The translations under genes and the position numbers were made by a program. A stretch of DNA of 63,446 bases, filler included, from Reclinomonas americana ATCC 50394 (taxonomy: Eukaryota), in the NCBI GenBank assembly GCA_048213135.1. It is 12 parts of 9 records of this genome, joined end to end, with 100 filler letters (N's around TTAATTAATTAA, not from the genome) between each part and the next. Parts side by side here need not be neighbours in the genome. Positions count along the whole stretch, not along the records: positions 48,010 to 52,886 come from PS015915.1; positions 52,987 to 55,782 come from PS015916.1; positions 55,883 to 58,289 come from PS015916.1; positions 58,390 to 62,222 come from AFZH01016121.1; positions 62,323 to 63,446 come from PS015923.1; 7 more parts are not named here. One strand, given 5' to 3'. Under the pieces are notes generated by a model. It was not told the DNA's origin and searched no databases. It worked only from the letters and a program-made list of their open reading frames with translations. Shown here piece by piece: positions 50,601 through 62,558 of the stretch. Every line of letters starts with the position of its first letter. Position 1 is the first letter of the stretch.

Positions 50601-52550
50601 CGGAAGCGTAACGCGGCACGTGCAAATCCTCGTCGACCTTGAAGTGCTCAAACTGTACAATCTCGAAACACGTATCGGGGTCCATGCCGGCGCCGACAAA
50701 CATCTGCGCGCCACGCAGTCAGCAAGGGGGAAGACGAGGGAGAATGGTCTCACAGTCGCCGCACCTGCACCAACTCCATGTTGCCGTGATGTGCCGCCAT
50801 GTGCAAGTACGAGTAACCGGGACGGAACGGGTGCCTCCGCCAATCGACACTCGTCACCTTGCGCATCTGCTCGTACTCCATGCATTGCGAAAACACGCGA
50901 CCGTCGGCCACATTGTTCTCCAGCTGCAAGAGGCGGTCAGTTGGTGAGAAAAGGGAGAAGGAGTGCGAGAGAGAGAAAAGGACACACCAAGTTCCACAGG
51001 TACGAGTTGGAGAACGGCGTAAACATTTCGGCCTCGCGCAAAAACAGCATGCGATACAACTCCGGATAGCGGGATTCGGGGTCGATCGACTCGCCGTGGG
51101 CGAGTGCCAACGCGGCCGTGCGATGCACAAAGAGGGAGAAGGGAGAGTCGCCGCGCAGAGTGTGGTGGCGAATATTGGCGCCGAGCTCGATCAATCTCTG
51201 CTCACAGAAGTGAGTGACGGAGGGGAATGGAGGAAAAGAGGGCCAATAATGATCAAACCTGCACGACAAGAATGGTGGAACGGGCATTGAAGAGGGTCAC
51301 GCTGTCTGCACACACGCACAACGGCGTCCATCCGAGCAGATCCGGTGTGTCGACTCCGAGGCCAGAATTGGCGGCCAGCGCGTCCACGCAGTCGAGGTGC
51401 ACCGCACTGTCGGAGAAAGGAGGGTGAGGGAGAAATCACAGAGGAGGAGTCGGCTGGCAAAGTAGTGCGCAACAGATTCTGGTCCGTGACAAAGAACAGC
51501 GAGCACAGCGACGTCCACGCAAAGTTGCGCTCCTCGTCGGGGAACACAAAGCCATTGTCGAGGCAGTGGCGGAGGATGAGGTAGAGGACCTGCGGGTGGG
51601 CAAAGGGGAAGATAAGAGTGATGATCTCTGAAGAAGACAGTCGCAAAACATGTCAATATCTCGTTAACACTCTTCTCCACAATCCACGACAGTTTCTGTT
51701 CTCATCTTCCCATTCTCTCCTCACTGGCAAGTGTTCTCTTTAGTGTGTCTCAATATTTATCAACCGATTGCTGCTTGTCTCACTTCATCCACGTACTCTC
51801 TTCTTTCTCAGAGAAACGCAAGCCTGTGCTTCCTGTCTCTCGTCGAGTCCGCTTCCTTTCGTTCTCATCTCCCTTACGCTGCTTGCTTTGTGTCCAAGCC
51901 CCCACATGCCGTCTTCAACATCTCACTATCATTGCAACCCTCGCCCACGGCATCACCACCGAGTTGTCTCTCTTTCAAACTCTTTCAGCAGACCTCACCA
52001 CATGCTCGTGTGTCTCTGCCTCTGTCTCCTCGCTGTCTTGTTCCTCATTGCGTTTTTCTTTCTCTCTCTCTCGCTCTCTCTCCCTCTGTCTCCTCGCTGT
52101 CGTGCTCCTCATTACGTTTCACTTTATTCTCTCTCTCTCATTCTCTCTCTAACACCTCTTTCCATGCACCCTCCCTTCTCCTTTCCCCCTCTCTTCCCCT
52201 TTACTCTTCCCCATTGACGCACCTGATGCCCCCTCGACACCGCCCACCGCAACAACCCCTCCCTCGGCCGATTCCTGCCCAACCACGCGCGCACATGCCG
52301 CACCTCCTGCTCCGGACTCTCAAACTGCACTCCCTCCGCCACCGGCATTCCCTCCACCGACTCGGCCTGCTGCTGCGCGTGATGATGCCCGTTCTGTGCA
52401 CCCGCAATGCCTCCCCCACCACCTCCACCACGAGGCGACTTGGGCTGCTGTCGCACAGGCGCAGGCGGAGCAGGCGAAGGCGAAGAAGGCGGCTGAGGAA
52501 CAATCGGCTGCGACAACAACGATCAACGACGGAAATCGGGCGCGGAAGTT
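47671..52550 (-). CDS. Ankyrin-repeat-containing protein (multi-exon, interrupted by gaps; start and terminal exon uncertain)
   Basis: Exons read LLRWAVSRGHQ|VLYLILRH, VDTPDLLGWTPLCVCA, RLIELGANIRHHTLRGDSPF, GYSYLHMAAHHGNMELVQ|MFVGAGMDP and LLTAAGSGAVELVQRL. The Pro/Ser-rich last exon (47909-47671) lies beyond a linker gap. Confidence 0.65.
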
Positions 52551-53295
52551 GGTAGAGAGAGGGAGGAGAGAGCAGAGAGGAGAGAGAAGGGGGGAAGAGG
52601 GAGCAGAGAGGGAGGGGGAGAGGGAGCAGAGAGAGGGAGGGAGGAAGGAAAAGGAAGATGTAAGAAAGAAACACAGATACAGACCAATCGATACACAGAC
52701 GTTCACACACACACTCACTCACTCACTCACACAGACACACTCACTCACTCACTCACTCACTCACTAACTCACTCACGCACGCACACATGCACAAACTTTC
52801 ACACACACACGAGAGAAAGAGCATTCTCTCTTCTTTCCTCTTTCTCTTTCTCTCTCTCTCTTTGTGCGTATGTGTGTGTGGAAAGANNNNNNNNNNNNNN
52901 NNNNNNNNNNNNNNNNNNNNNNNNNNNNNNTTAATTAATTAANNNNNNNNNNNNNNNNNNNNNNNNNNNNNNNNNNNNNNNNNNNNCGAACAAGTGCTGA
53001 AAGCACTGTGGCAGCTGGGTGACAGCAGCTCAGCCACAATGGCCACACAATGCACACACCCTCACCCAGCATGTCACTAGCCGGATCGCGGATCCACCAA
53101 TGACTTGCAAGCGTCGCAGGTCGACGTCGAGGGTCAAGGGTCAACCGAGAAGCGCCAAACACAAAGGGCGCAAGCAGCAGTCTCACTGGGCTGAGCCTGA
53201 GTGCAAAACCAACAAAAAACAGCACAGCACAGCATCCTTGTCAGTCGTGTCCCGCCGCACCTTACACAACGCTCACACACACACACACGACAACC

Positions 53296-55623
53296 ATGCT
53301 GCGCTGTGCCTCTCGCTACGGCGGTGAGTCACACTCCTCTACACACACACACACACACCACTACCACACAACACACTGCTCACTCAAGAACATCCGCAGC
53401 TCACTTGTCACGCACATGGACCTGCGCACGCAGCGCACGTGTCTTCTCCTCTGATGTCACCTCCTCCTCCAACAACAACACTGATGCAGTGGTGACCGAC
53501 GACGACACAGTGGACGATGTACGCGTGCATCACTCACACACGCACAGACAACAACATGCATTTTCACTCTCTTTTCTTTCATTGATGATTATTAGGCTGT
53601 CGAGTCTCGCGAGGGCGAACTCGGCGACAGCGTGTACTTGACGGGCCGAGTGGATCAACAGACTGGGCTGACCACCTCGCCCTTTCCCAAGTCGGTGTGC
53701 GCCATTCTGTTGGAGCCTGTCAATCCCGACGATGTCGAAATCAAACCCGACGGCAGTGTGGTGCGGGTGCAGGGAAAGGGAGGAGGGAGAGAGGGAGGGG
53801 GGAGATTGCACACTGTCTTTTGATGGCCTTGATTCTCCATTGATCTCATTCTCGTCGCTCGTCCTCATCTTCCATCATGCCTCTCCTTCCGGTGTGCTGC
53901 CTCTGTTCTGCTGGCCTCGTCTCTCCCTCGTCCGGCCTCCTTGGCTGCATCCACTTCATATAAATCCTCTCCTTCTGTCGTGCTCCGTGCTAATGTCGCC
54001 TCTCGTCTTTCCCGTTCGCCTTCTGTCCTCCAAATTCCTCCAGCATGAACTCCTCCCCTTCTCTCCCTTTTACTCGTTTCCTCGTCCGCATCCCCTTGCC
54101 TGATGAGCTCCTCCCCTTCTCTCCTTCGCACGCATTTATTCATTCATGCTCAGCATCTCTTCTGCACGTCATCTTCCTTGTCAGCCTTGTCGTTGTCTGC
54201 CTTCGTCCACTTCATGATCTCGTGTCGCGTGCTGTCTCTTTCTCTCACGCGTTGTCGCCCTCCTGCTGTCCGTCTGTGACTTGGCCTCTGCGCTTCTCCT
54301 TCACACTGCCCCCGCTCTCCTCTCCTCTCTTCACGACGTCGTCAATGCACTTGCACGACACGCTTTTGTCCACTGCCTTCACTCTCTCGGCGCGTTTACA
54401 GGCCTCGCGTCTTGTTTCTGCCTCTCTTCTATAACTCTTTCCACCCTCCTTTCGTCTCTTGTCCACTCTTTGCTTCTTTGACTGTCGTGCTTTCCCCTCC
54501 TCCTTTCGCCTTCCCTCACTTACCCCTTCCCCCTCCCCGCAGTACCTCCCCGAAATCAAATACCGCCGCATCCTCAACCGCGCCTTCCGCCCTGGCGGCT
54601 GGGGCATCCTGCCGGCCTCGCCGTACGAGACCGTCGGCGATTTCATCGTGTGCGAATTCGCCTTGTATGCACTCGGGCGGTGAGGAAAAAGCCCTTTCCT
54701 TTATTCGCATGTCTCACTGAATCGAGTGAGACACAGACGAGTGTCGCAGGCGTGGGGCGAGCATGCGTTGAACAGTGGTCCCGGCAAGTCGGTGGCCACT
54801 GCACTCGAATGTTACGTGCATTTGGAAAATCGCGATTGCGCAGTCGCTCACTCTCTCTTCGTCCACCACCGCAGCCGCCCGCAGTAACGCACTGATGCGC
54901 TGCTGCAAGGATCTCGGCGTCGTCAGCGAGCTGTGGGACCGCGAGTTTATCGAGCAGTGGAAGGCCTCCCGTGCCGTGGAGGGTTGCGTAACATATTTGT
55001 TACCATTACTTCATGCCCTTGGTGTCCTCCTCCTTCGCCTCACCTTTACTTCTCTGTCCCTCATTGACCGTGCTGACCTTCACCTCTCCCCTTATTTGCA
55101 TTCCTCCTGTTACCTCTCCTCACTCCCCTTCTTTGCCATTGCACTGATTCTTCCATCCTTTCCTCCTCATCTGTTGCATTTTCCTCCGCAACTCACTTGT
55201 CGTTTCTCCCCCTGCCTGTGCACTCTTTCGTTTTCTGTGTGTCTCTTGATCCTCGCCATTCTTTCCCCGCGCCGACACTCCACTCACACCTTCGTATTTC
55301 GCTTGCTGTCCTTCTTCATCCACTCTCTACTGCATTTGCAGTTTCTCCTGCACTTCCTCTCCTCCCTCTCTTTCCCTTCTATCCCCTCCTCCCTCCCCTC
55401 ACATCCCTTCCCCTATACCTTCCCCTAATATCCCCTGTGTGCAGTGTGGTGCGAAAACCAACAAACCAAGCAAAAGCGCAAGTTCTGGCGCCGCAAGGAC
55501 CGCCCCGCCCTCGAATACCCGTGGAAGGAGGGCGCCTCACCCGCCACCGCCACCGGCCCCACCTCCTCCTCCTCCCCACAACAGCAGTCGGCGCCGCGCC
55601 CCGCTGCCCCTCGCCGCGTTTGA
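53296..55623 (+). CDS. MGM101: Mitochondrial genome maintenance protein Mgm101 (Rad52-related ssDNA-annealing protein)
   Basis: [43 protein letters not shown]...[27 protein letters not shown]...|[29 protein letters not shown] are near-invariant Mgm101 motifs. The N-terminal MLRCASRYG resembles a mitochondrial presequence. Confidence 0.93.
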
Positions 55624-55872
55624 CCATCTATCTCTTTTCCCTCTTTCCCCTCCTCTCCTTGCACACAATGAGAGAGCATTGAATTGATGACGAGGTTATT
55701 AACAAAACACGACTTTCTTGTTTTTAATCACCGCCCCGCCCTCGAATACCCGTGGAAGGAAGGCGCCTCACCCGCCACCGCCNNNNNNNNNNNNNNNNNN
55801 NNNNNNNNNNNNNNNNNNNNNNNNNNTTAATTAATTAANNNNNNNNNNNNNNNNNNNNNNNNNNNNNNNNNN

Positions 55873-58289
55873 NNNNNNNNNNCGCTCACGCGCCGCAGCG
55901 CGCGCCTCCTTGCGGTCCTGGCGGGCAGCCTTGGCGGCATCGGCGGCATTGGCGGCAGTGGCAGCGGCGGCGACGGCGGCGGCGACTTCCTCCTCAGCCT
56001 GCTTCTGCTGCACCTCGGCAGCCTTGCTCTTGCTGCTGCGTCCGTGCTTCGACTTCTTCGACTTGCTCTTCGTCTTCTTCTTCTGCTGTTGCTGCTGCTG
56101 CTGCTGCTCCTCGTCCGAGTCAAAGAACGCGGCGTTCTTGTCGTCCGCACCGCGGTCACCCGGCGAGCCACCGTCCTCGTCGTCGTCGTCAAAGAACGAA
56201 GCGTTCTTCTCCGACGAGGCGTCGTCGTACGGCGAGCGAGTGGTGGAGCGTGACGGCGGGCGAGCGCCAGTCGATTCGACCACATCCTCAAACTTGTCCT
56301 CCAGCAGCGCCTGGCGCAGGCCATCGACCACATCGGTCGGGCGCGGCGTCGTAAACGTGCTACCGGCGGCCGGCATCATCGAGGCGGCGGCAGCGGCCAC
56401 CAGCGGGTGCTGAGGAGCACGCGGTGGGCGCGGAGCCTTGGCACCGGTCGACTCAACCACGGCCTCAAACTCCTCCTCCAGCAGCGCCTGACGCAATCCG
56501 TCGACCACGTCGGTCGGGCGAGGCGTCGTAAACGTGCTGGCGCCAGCAGTGGCGGCGGCAACGGCGGCCGACATTTGCGGTGCGCGAGGCGGCTTGGTGC
56601 CAGTGGAAGCGATGAGATCGCCCAGACGCTGCTCCTCCATCGCACGACGCAGTCCATCGACCACATCGGCCACGCGAGGAGTCACACCCATCTGCGGCGA
56701 TGCCGGCACCTGCTGCGGCTGCGCGCCAAGCGGGGCGCGACGCGGGCGGGCCGGTGACTTGTTCGGCTGGGCGGATTCGCCATTGGCGGCGGCGGCGGCA
56801 GCTGCCGCAGCAGCCGACGCCACACCGCCGGCACCCGACGACTCCAACACCTCGCTGAGACGCTGCTCGGAGAGCACGCGGAACAGACCGTCGACCACCT
56901 CGTCGTGACGCGGTGTGGCAACAGAGGCGGCGGCGGCGGCAAAGGCACGCTTGCGCGCGGCAGCGGCATTCTCCGGCGTGTGCTCATCATCCTCCGGCAA
57001 ATCGGCCTCGCCCAGCAAATCGTCGAGGGCGGCCGCACTGCGCGGAGTCGTGGCTCCACGGTGCGTCAGCAAGCCCTCCAGACGATCCTGCAAGTTCTCG
57101 GTGCCGTCGGACTTGGAGCCGACCTTGACAGCCTCGCTGAGCGGCACGTCGCTGCCGTCGGCGCTGATCGGCGTCGGGCGGCGGCGAGCCGGGGACTTGC
57201 TGGTACCACGAGGAGTCGACTCCTGCTGCTGCTCCATCTTGCGGAAGTGGTCGACCACCTCCTGCTGCGCAGACTTTTGCTGACGGGCCTCGACCACACG
57301 CTGGCGCTCTTCGCGCGACGGCGGCGGCGGCGGAGCCTGGGCACCATTCGGCGACTCGGCACCACGAGGTGTGCGCAACGAGAGACCACGGGGCGTCTTG
57401 AGCTGCGTCGGCTGCTCGTCGTCGTCCATCGGCGGCGGCAGCGGAGTGCTGGTCGGTGAGAACAGGCTCGGCATGCCCTCCTCGCGCGGCGTGACGTTGG
57501 CGGGACCCGGGGTGGCGGAGCCAGCACGCGGGGTGAGCGCCGGACCCGGAGTGCCAGTGCGCGGCGACGAGGCAGGGAGAGCGGGCGACGCGGACAGGCG
57601 ACGCGGCGTGACAAACGGCGTGTTGGCATCGGCGGCGTGCGGCGACGGCGGTGGCGGCGGGAGCGGCGTACGAGTCGTTGTCAGACCGCGAGGAGTGGTC
57701 AGGCCACCACGCGGCGTCATGGACGGCAGCGAGCGCGGCGAGTTGTTGCAGCTGGCATTGGCGCTCCAGGCCGTCTTGCGACCCTTGATGCGATCCATGT
57801 CCTCGCCGGCCTCCGTTGCCATGTCGTCGTCGGCAGCATCGTCGTCGTCGTCGGCGCGCGTAGCATCCGACTCGTCGTTCCACTTGGTGGGGCGATCGCC
57901 GGCGGCGTAGCGGAGCGACTCGGAGCGCGGCATGTCGTCGCTGCCGTCGTCCGTCACACCGCGGTTGGCGGCGGCCATCTTCATGGCGAGCTCGTTGGCG
58001 CGAGCGGACACCGGACCCTGCTCGGTCTCGTGCTCGTGCAGCGAGACCTCGGACCAGTTGACCTGCGCCGGCTGCGGGTACATCGACGCGTCGTGCGCCA
58101 ACGCCGGCAACTCAATCTCCGAGCCCTCCTCTGACTCGCGCACCTGAGTGTTGCGGCGACCGCACCAGCGCGACCAGTTGATGCGGCGGAGCAGCAGCAC
58201 CGGCAACAGGAGCGGCAGCAGTGGCAAGAGGAAGATGAGGCCCACAATGCGCATGCAGCGTGCACTGAAGAGCGACTTGAGCTTCGCCC
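55873..58289 (-). CDS. Partial intron-free ORF (>800 aa): hydrophobic segment, disordered TPR-tripeptide-rich region and a 4x ~30-aa repeat; function unknown
   Basis: Long GC-rich open frame bounded by gaps. It has a TM-like RIVGLIFLLPLLPLLLPVLLL and repeats of TPRxxxVVDGLxxxLxExxxxxxxESTG. Confidence 0.7.
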
Positions 58290-58389
58290 NNNNNNNNNNN
58301 NNNNNNNNNNNNNNNNNNNNNNNNNNNNNNNNNTTAATTAATTAANNNNNNNNNNNNNNNNNNNNNNNNNNNNNNNNNNNNNNNNNNNN

Positions 58390-59073
58390 CTCCTCTTTCA
58401 TCTCCTCCTCCTCCTCCTCAGCAGCCACTTCCTCCTTCATCTCCACATCTTGCTGCTGCTGCTGCTGCGGCGGAGGCGGTGGTGACGGCTCTGTTGCTGC
58501 CGCTTGCGCTGGTGGCGGTGACGATGGTGGTGGTGGTGGTGGTGGTGATGATGGCGCAGGCAATGGTGACGATGGTGGTGGTATAGAGGAGGCCTCCATT
58601 GACGATGCAGTTGGCGGAGTTGCAGGTTGTTGTTGTTGTTGAGGTGGTGGAGGTGGTGGTGGTGACGATGGAGACGACGGCGGCGGTGGTTGTGGCGGGG
58701 AAGGCGGTGGCGACGACCGCGGCTCCTCTGCAGAGGAGGAGCCGGCGGTGTTGCCGTCCACGGCCGCCTGAATCGTCAGCAGATGCGGACAACTCCACTT
58801 GTCATCCTCGTCCTCCTCACGCTCTTCCTCCTCTTCCTCCGCTTCCTCTAGCTGCACGAGCATTGGTGGCCACCATCTCTGCGGCGAGTGGCTACATGCG
58901 TCCTCCAGGGCGACCGCGCACATGGCCGCTGCGCGATGATCACGCGGCATTGCATACGGCGACAGTGACAGTGCCTGCAGCGAGCACGGCATCACCACAC
59001 GTCCGCGCGTCTCTCGCAAACACCGCACATAGTCGGCCACACTGGGCGGCGGCACACCGTCAGCGCGAGACAT
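58390..59073 (-). CDS. 5' part of an unknown protein with Glu-rich and Pro/Gln-rich segments; truncated by a gap
   Basis: ATG at 59073, MSRADGVPPPSVADYVRCLRETRGRVVMPC..., open into the gap with coding-like composition. Confidence 0.5.
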
Positions 59074-59211
59074 GGTGTGCGCACGCGTGCGTGGAGTGTG
59101 CGTGTGTGTGTGTGTGTTTGCGCGCGCTCGCGATGATGAATGGACAGATTTTGTGAGGGCCTGTGAGGGACACGGGACGATGGTGGGACTCGCGAATTCT
59201 TTTGTTTCACG

Positions 59212-60270
59212 ATGTTGCGCAAGCGGTTGCTTGGCCACACTGGCGTCGTGTACTCTGTCGCCATCACTCCCGACGGTCAACACGTTGCTAGTGGTGGTGG
59301 CGACAGCACTGTGCGTGTGTGGTCGCTGGCGAGTGACAAGGAGGTGCGACGTTTGGAAGGGCACACTGGCGTCGTGTACTCTGTCACTGTCACTCCCGAT
59401 GGTCAACACATCGTGAGTGGTGGTGCCGGCGGCGAAGTGCGTGTGTGGTCACTGGCGAGTGGAGAGGAGGTGCGACGAATGAGCGCGCGTGTGAGTTGGG
59501 TGTTGTCTGTTGCAGTCTCCCGGGATTGCCAGCATGTTGTGAGTGGCGGCTCTGATGCAATTGTGAGAGTTTGGTCACTGGCGAGTGGTGAGGAAGTGTG
59601 GCGGCTGGAGGGGCACGATGGGATGGTGCGCGCTGTTGCCGTAACCCCCGATGATCAGCACGTCGTGAGTGGTGGCTTTGATGAAACAGTGCGGCTGTGG
59701 TCGCTGGTGAGTGGCCAAGAAGTACGGCGATTTGACGGTCACGTGCATACTGCAGACGTGTATTCTGTCGCTGCCACTCCCGATGGTCAACACATTGTGA
59801 GCGGTGGTGACAACAGCATCGTGCGAATGTGGTCGCTGGCGAGTGGAGAAGAAGTGCGGCGATTGGAGGGCCATAGTGATTCAGTTGTGAGCGTTGCTGT
59901 CACTCCCGACAGCCAGTACGTGGTGAGTGGCAGTGATGATACGTCAGTGCGGGTGTGGTTGCTGGCGAGTGGCACGGAAGTTCGACGGCTGATGGGGCAC
60001 ACTGCCGGAGTGTTCTCTGTCGCTGTCTCCCCCAATGGACAGTGCGTTGTGAGTGGGAGTGTAGACAAGAGCGTGCGAGTGTGGTCCACGCCGTATGGCC
60101 TCGCTCGGCAGGAGCTGGAGTGTGCGAGTGAGGCCATGCGCGTGTTGCAGCAGGAGGAGGAGGAGCCGGATCGGCGTTGCTTGGTGGAGATTGTGTTTCG
60201 GTGCTTCTTGGTGGAGGATGCTGAGGTGGTTGTGCATCGGTGCTTGGTGGACGACGACCTCTGGTTGTAA
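59212..60270 (+). CDS. Intronless WD40-repeat protein (7 highly similar repeats plus a short helical C-terminus)
   Basis: Repeats follow the consensus RRLEGHTGVVYSVAVTPDGQHVVSGGxDxTVRVWSLASGEEV; 352-aa uninterrupted ORF. Confidence 0.92.
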   Translation: MLRKRLLGHTGVVYSVAITPDGQHVASGGGDSTVRVWSLASDKEVRRLEGHTGVVYSVTVTPDGQHIVSGGAGGEVRVWSLASGEEVRRMSARVSWVLSVAVSRDCQHVVSGGSDAIVRVWSLASGEEVWRLEGHDGMVRAVAVTPDDQHVVSGGFDETVRLWSLVSGQEVRRFDGHVHTADVYSVAATPDGQHIVSGGDNSIVRMWSLASGEEVRRLEGHSDSVVSVAVTPDSQYVVSGSDDTSVRVWLLASGTEVRRLMGHTAGVFSVAVSPNGQCVVSGSVDKSVRVWSTPYGLARQELECASEAMRVLQQEEEEPDRRCLVEIVFRCFLVEDAEVVVHRCLVDDDLWL

Positions 60271-60616
60271 AGGCGACACCGAGGCTTTCTGCCTTGTTTC
60301 TTCTCTTCGTGCGTTGGCCGACTGGTACTGCATGGCATTTTTTTCTAAATGGCGTGTGTACTGCTTTGTTGTTGATCAAGGGCTTTGGTTTTTCTTTGCA
60401 CAAAGAGAGCGATGCATACACCTCGTGGTCTGTTCGTAAGAGAGAGAAGACAGAAAGAAAGTCTTGTGTCCTCGTCCGCAGTCACTGCATGCAATCAATC
60501 AACAACACCAGCACGCAATGGGCAAATCAAGTGCGTGTGTCTCACTGTGTGTGTGTGTGTGAGGGTGTGTCTCACTGTGGTCTTCTTTGTGCGTGTGCGC
60601 ACCTGCAGAAAAGAAG

Positions 60617-61704
60617 ATGCCGCGGGCATCGACGACGGCGGAGGATATTCTGACAGGGAACACCACTCGGCATTTGCAGAAGAAGAGCAAGCAGAGTTGA
60701 GTGGAAGGGAGAGAGAGAAGAGTGAGTGAGTGAGTGAGTGAGTGAGTGAGTGAGTGAGTGAGGGAGTGAGTGAGTGAGTGAGTGAGTGAGTGAGTGAGTG
60801 GAAGGGAGAGAGTGAGTGAGTGAGTGAGTGAAAGAGAGAGTGAGTGTGTGAGTGAGTCAGTGAGTCAGTGTGTGTGTGTGAGCGAGTGAGAGAGCGGGTG
60901 AGTGTGTGAGTGAGCGAGCGAGAGGGAGAGTGAGTGAATGAGTGAGCGAGTGAGAGATAGTATGTGTGTGTGCATGTGTATATGTCTCTGCCTCTCGTTG
61001 CACCCACTCCTCACTCCTCTTCCCCATCCTTTACCCCTTTCCTCACAGTGCACCGCATGCTCGGCCGCCTCGGCGTCAGCGGCGCATTCGGCTCCGGCGG
61101 CATTCACTCGTCAATGGACATGGACACGGCCAGTGGGAGCGGCCTGACGAGCACTGAGCGGAAAAAGTTGAAGAAGCAGCGACAAAAGGTGCGCGCCTCG
61201 GCACCCGTCACACCTCGTGGTGGTGGTGGTGGCAGTGGTGACGCCGACGAAGCGCCGCGACTTGATCTGTCGGCCTTCTTGGTGCGACGGTCCGACGAGG
61301 CGGCCGAGGCCTCCACCGCCTTTTCGACGCCGGCGAACCGCCTGAAGAGTCGCGGACTGCGACGCAAGCTGCGACAGCGCAAGGAGAAGGCGTTGGAGCG
61401 CGGACTCGGCTTTGCGTCGCGTCTCGAGCAGCGCGCTGTCAAGCTCGTCAAGACGCCGAGCAGCGCTGTGACGACCAGTGCGCGGCGCAAGAAGGCCGCC
61501 GCCTCGTCGTTGCTCAAGTCGTCGCTGAATTCGGCGAGTGGTGAGCGTGCTGCCGCCGCGTCGCGTCGCCAGCGACAAATGGGAGACGCGCTGGCGGAGT
61601 TTTTTGGCAGCGATGACGATGACGATGACGATGACGACGAGGTGGAGAAGGGTGAGGCGGAGGTGGTTGCTGGTGGCGGCGGCCAGATGGACGACAGTGA
61701 GTAA
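60617..61704 (+). CDS. Small basic/acidic protein (2 exons, 60617-~60695 and 61049-61704), possibly an Alb1/Ecm1-like pre-60S factor
   Basis: MPRASTTAEDILTGNTTRHLQKKSKQ|MHRMLGRL...RKKLKKQRQK...RRKLRQRKEKALERGLGFASRLEQRAVK...poly-D. The GTTGAG donor and CAG acceptor are in phase. The family call is a weak resemblance only. Confidence 0.45.
60721..60950. repeat. (GAGT)n intronic microsatellite
   Basis: Direct tetranucleotide array. Confidence 0.9.
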
Positions 61705-62558
61705 GCGAGTTTTGTTTTTCCCGTAGTTGAGTGGTGTTTTCGAGACGTAGAGGAGGATTTAGTAGGAGAAGGTAACTTGAGTGTTTTGTTGGTGAATGCA
61801 AGTGCAACAGCAATGAGTCACGCCATCAGCTAACAACAACAAGCATGTTGTAGCTGTCTCAGCCAAAACATCAACTCAGTTGACGACTGTGGCACGTCCT
61901 TCTTTGTTGGTGTCCGCTGCTTGTGACGACTGTGCCTCTGCTGACTTTCTCTCGTCGGAGAGCAAGCAACCTGATCGATGCTGTACTTCACCGGTAGTGT
62001 CATCTAGTGCTCTACCGCTTCTTGACTGTGTTGCAACTTCACCGCCAATGACGACGTCTTTATGCCTTGCTTGCTCCACGGATCCGTGTTTGGATTGCTA
62101 TGAATTTCTTCTGTAAACCGTAGACCTTTTGAGAGGCGTTTTAAACTCACTCCATTCTCGCGCGCGCCACTTCCTCCACATCCCCGCCGCCGTAGCCTTC
62201 TTCCTTCCTTCCCTTCTTCCTTNNNNNNNNNNNNNNNNNNNNNNNNNNNNNNNNNNNNNNNNNNNNTTAATTAATTAANNNNNNNNNNNNNNNNNNNNNN
62301 NNNNNNNNNNNNNNNNNNNNNNAGCACGAGGTCAGAACAAGGCTTGCCAGAGACAACAACACCGCAAGTCAAACACACACTCTTGCACACACTCTCTCAC
62401 ACACACACACTCTTGCACACTTGCACACACACACGCACACACACACCTGCAGCAACGCGTCGTCGGCCATCACAGTGGACAGTCACGGACAGTCGCGGAC
62501 AGTCGCGCTCGCAAGTGGATATCTGCGCTTGTTTGTCACCTCCAGTCGAAGAACGCAA

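Noticed and set aside
55730..55782. Second copy of about 50 bp of the last MGM101 exon
   Set aside because: It abuts a gap and is too short to tell a tandem duplication from an assembly overlap.
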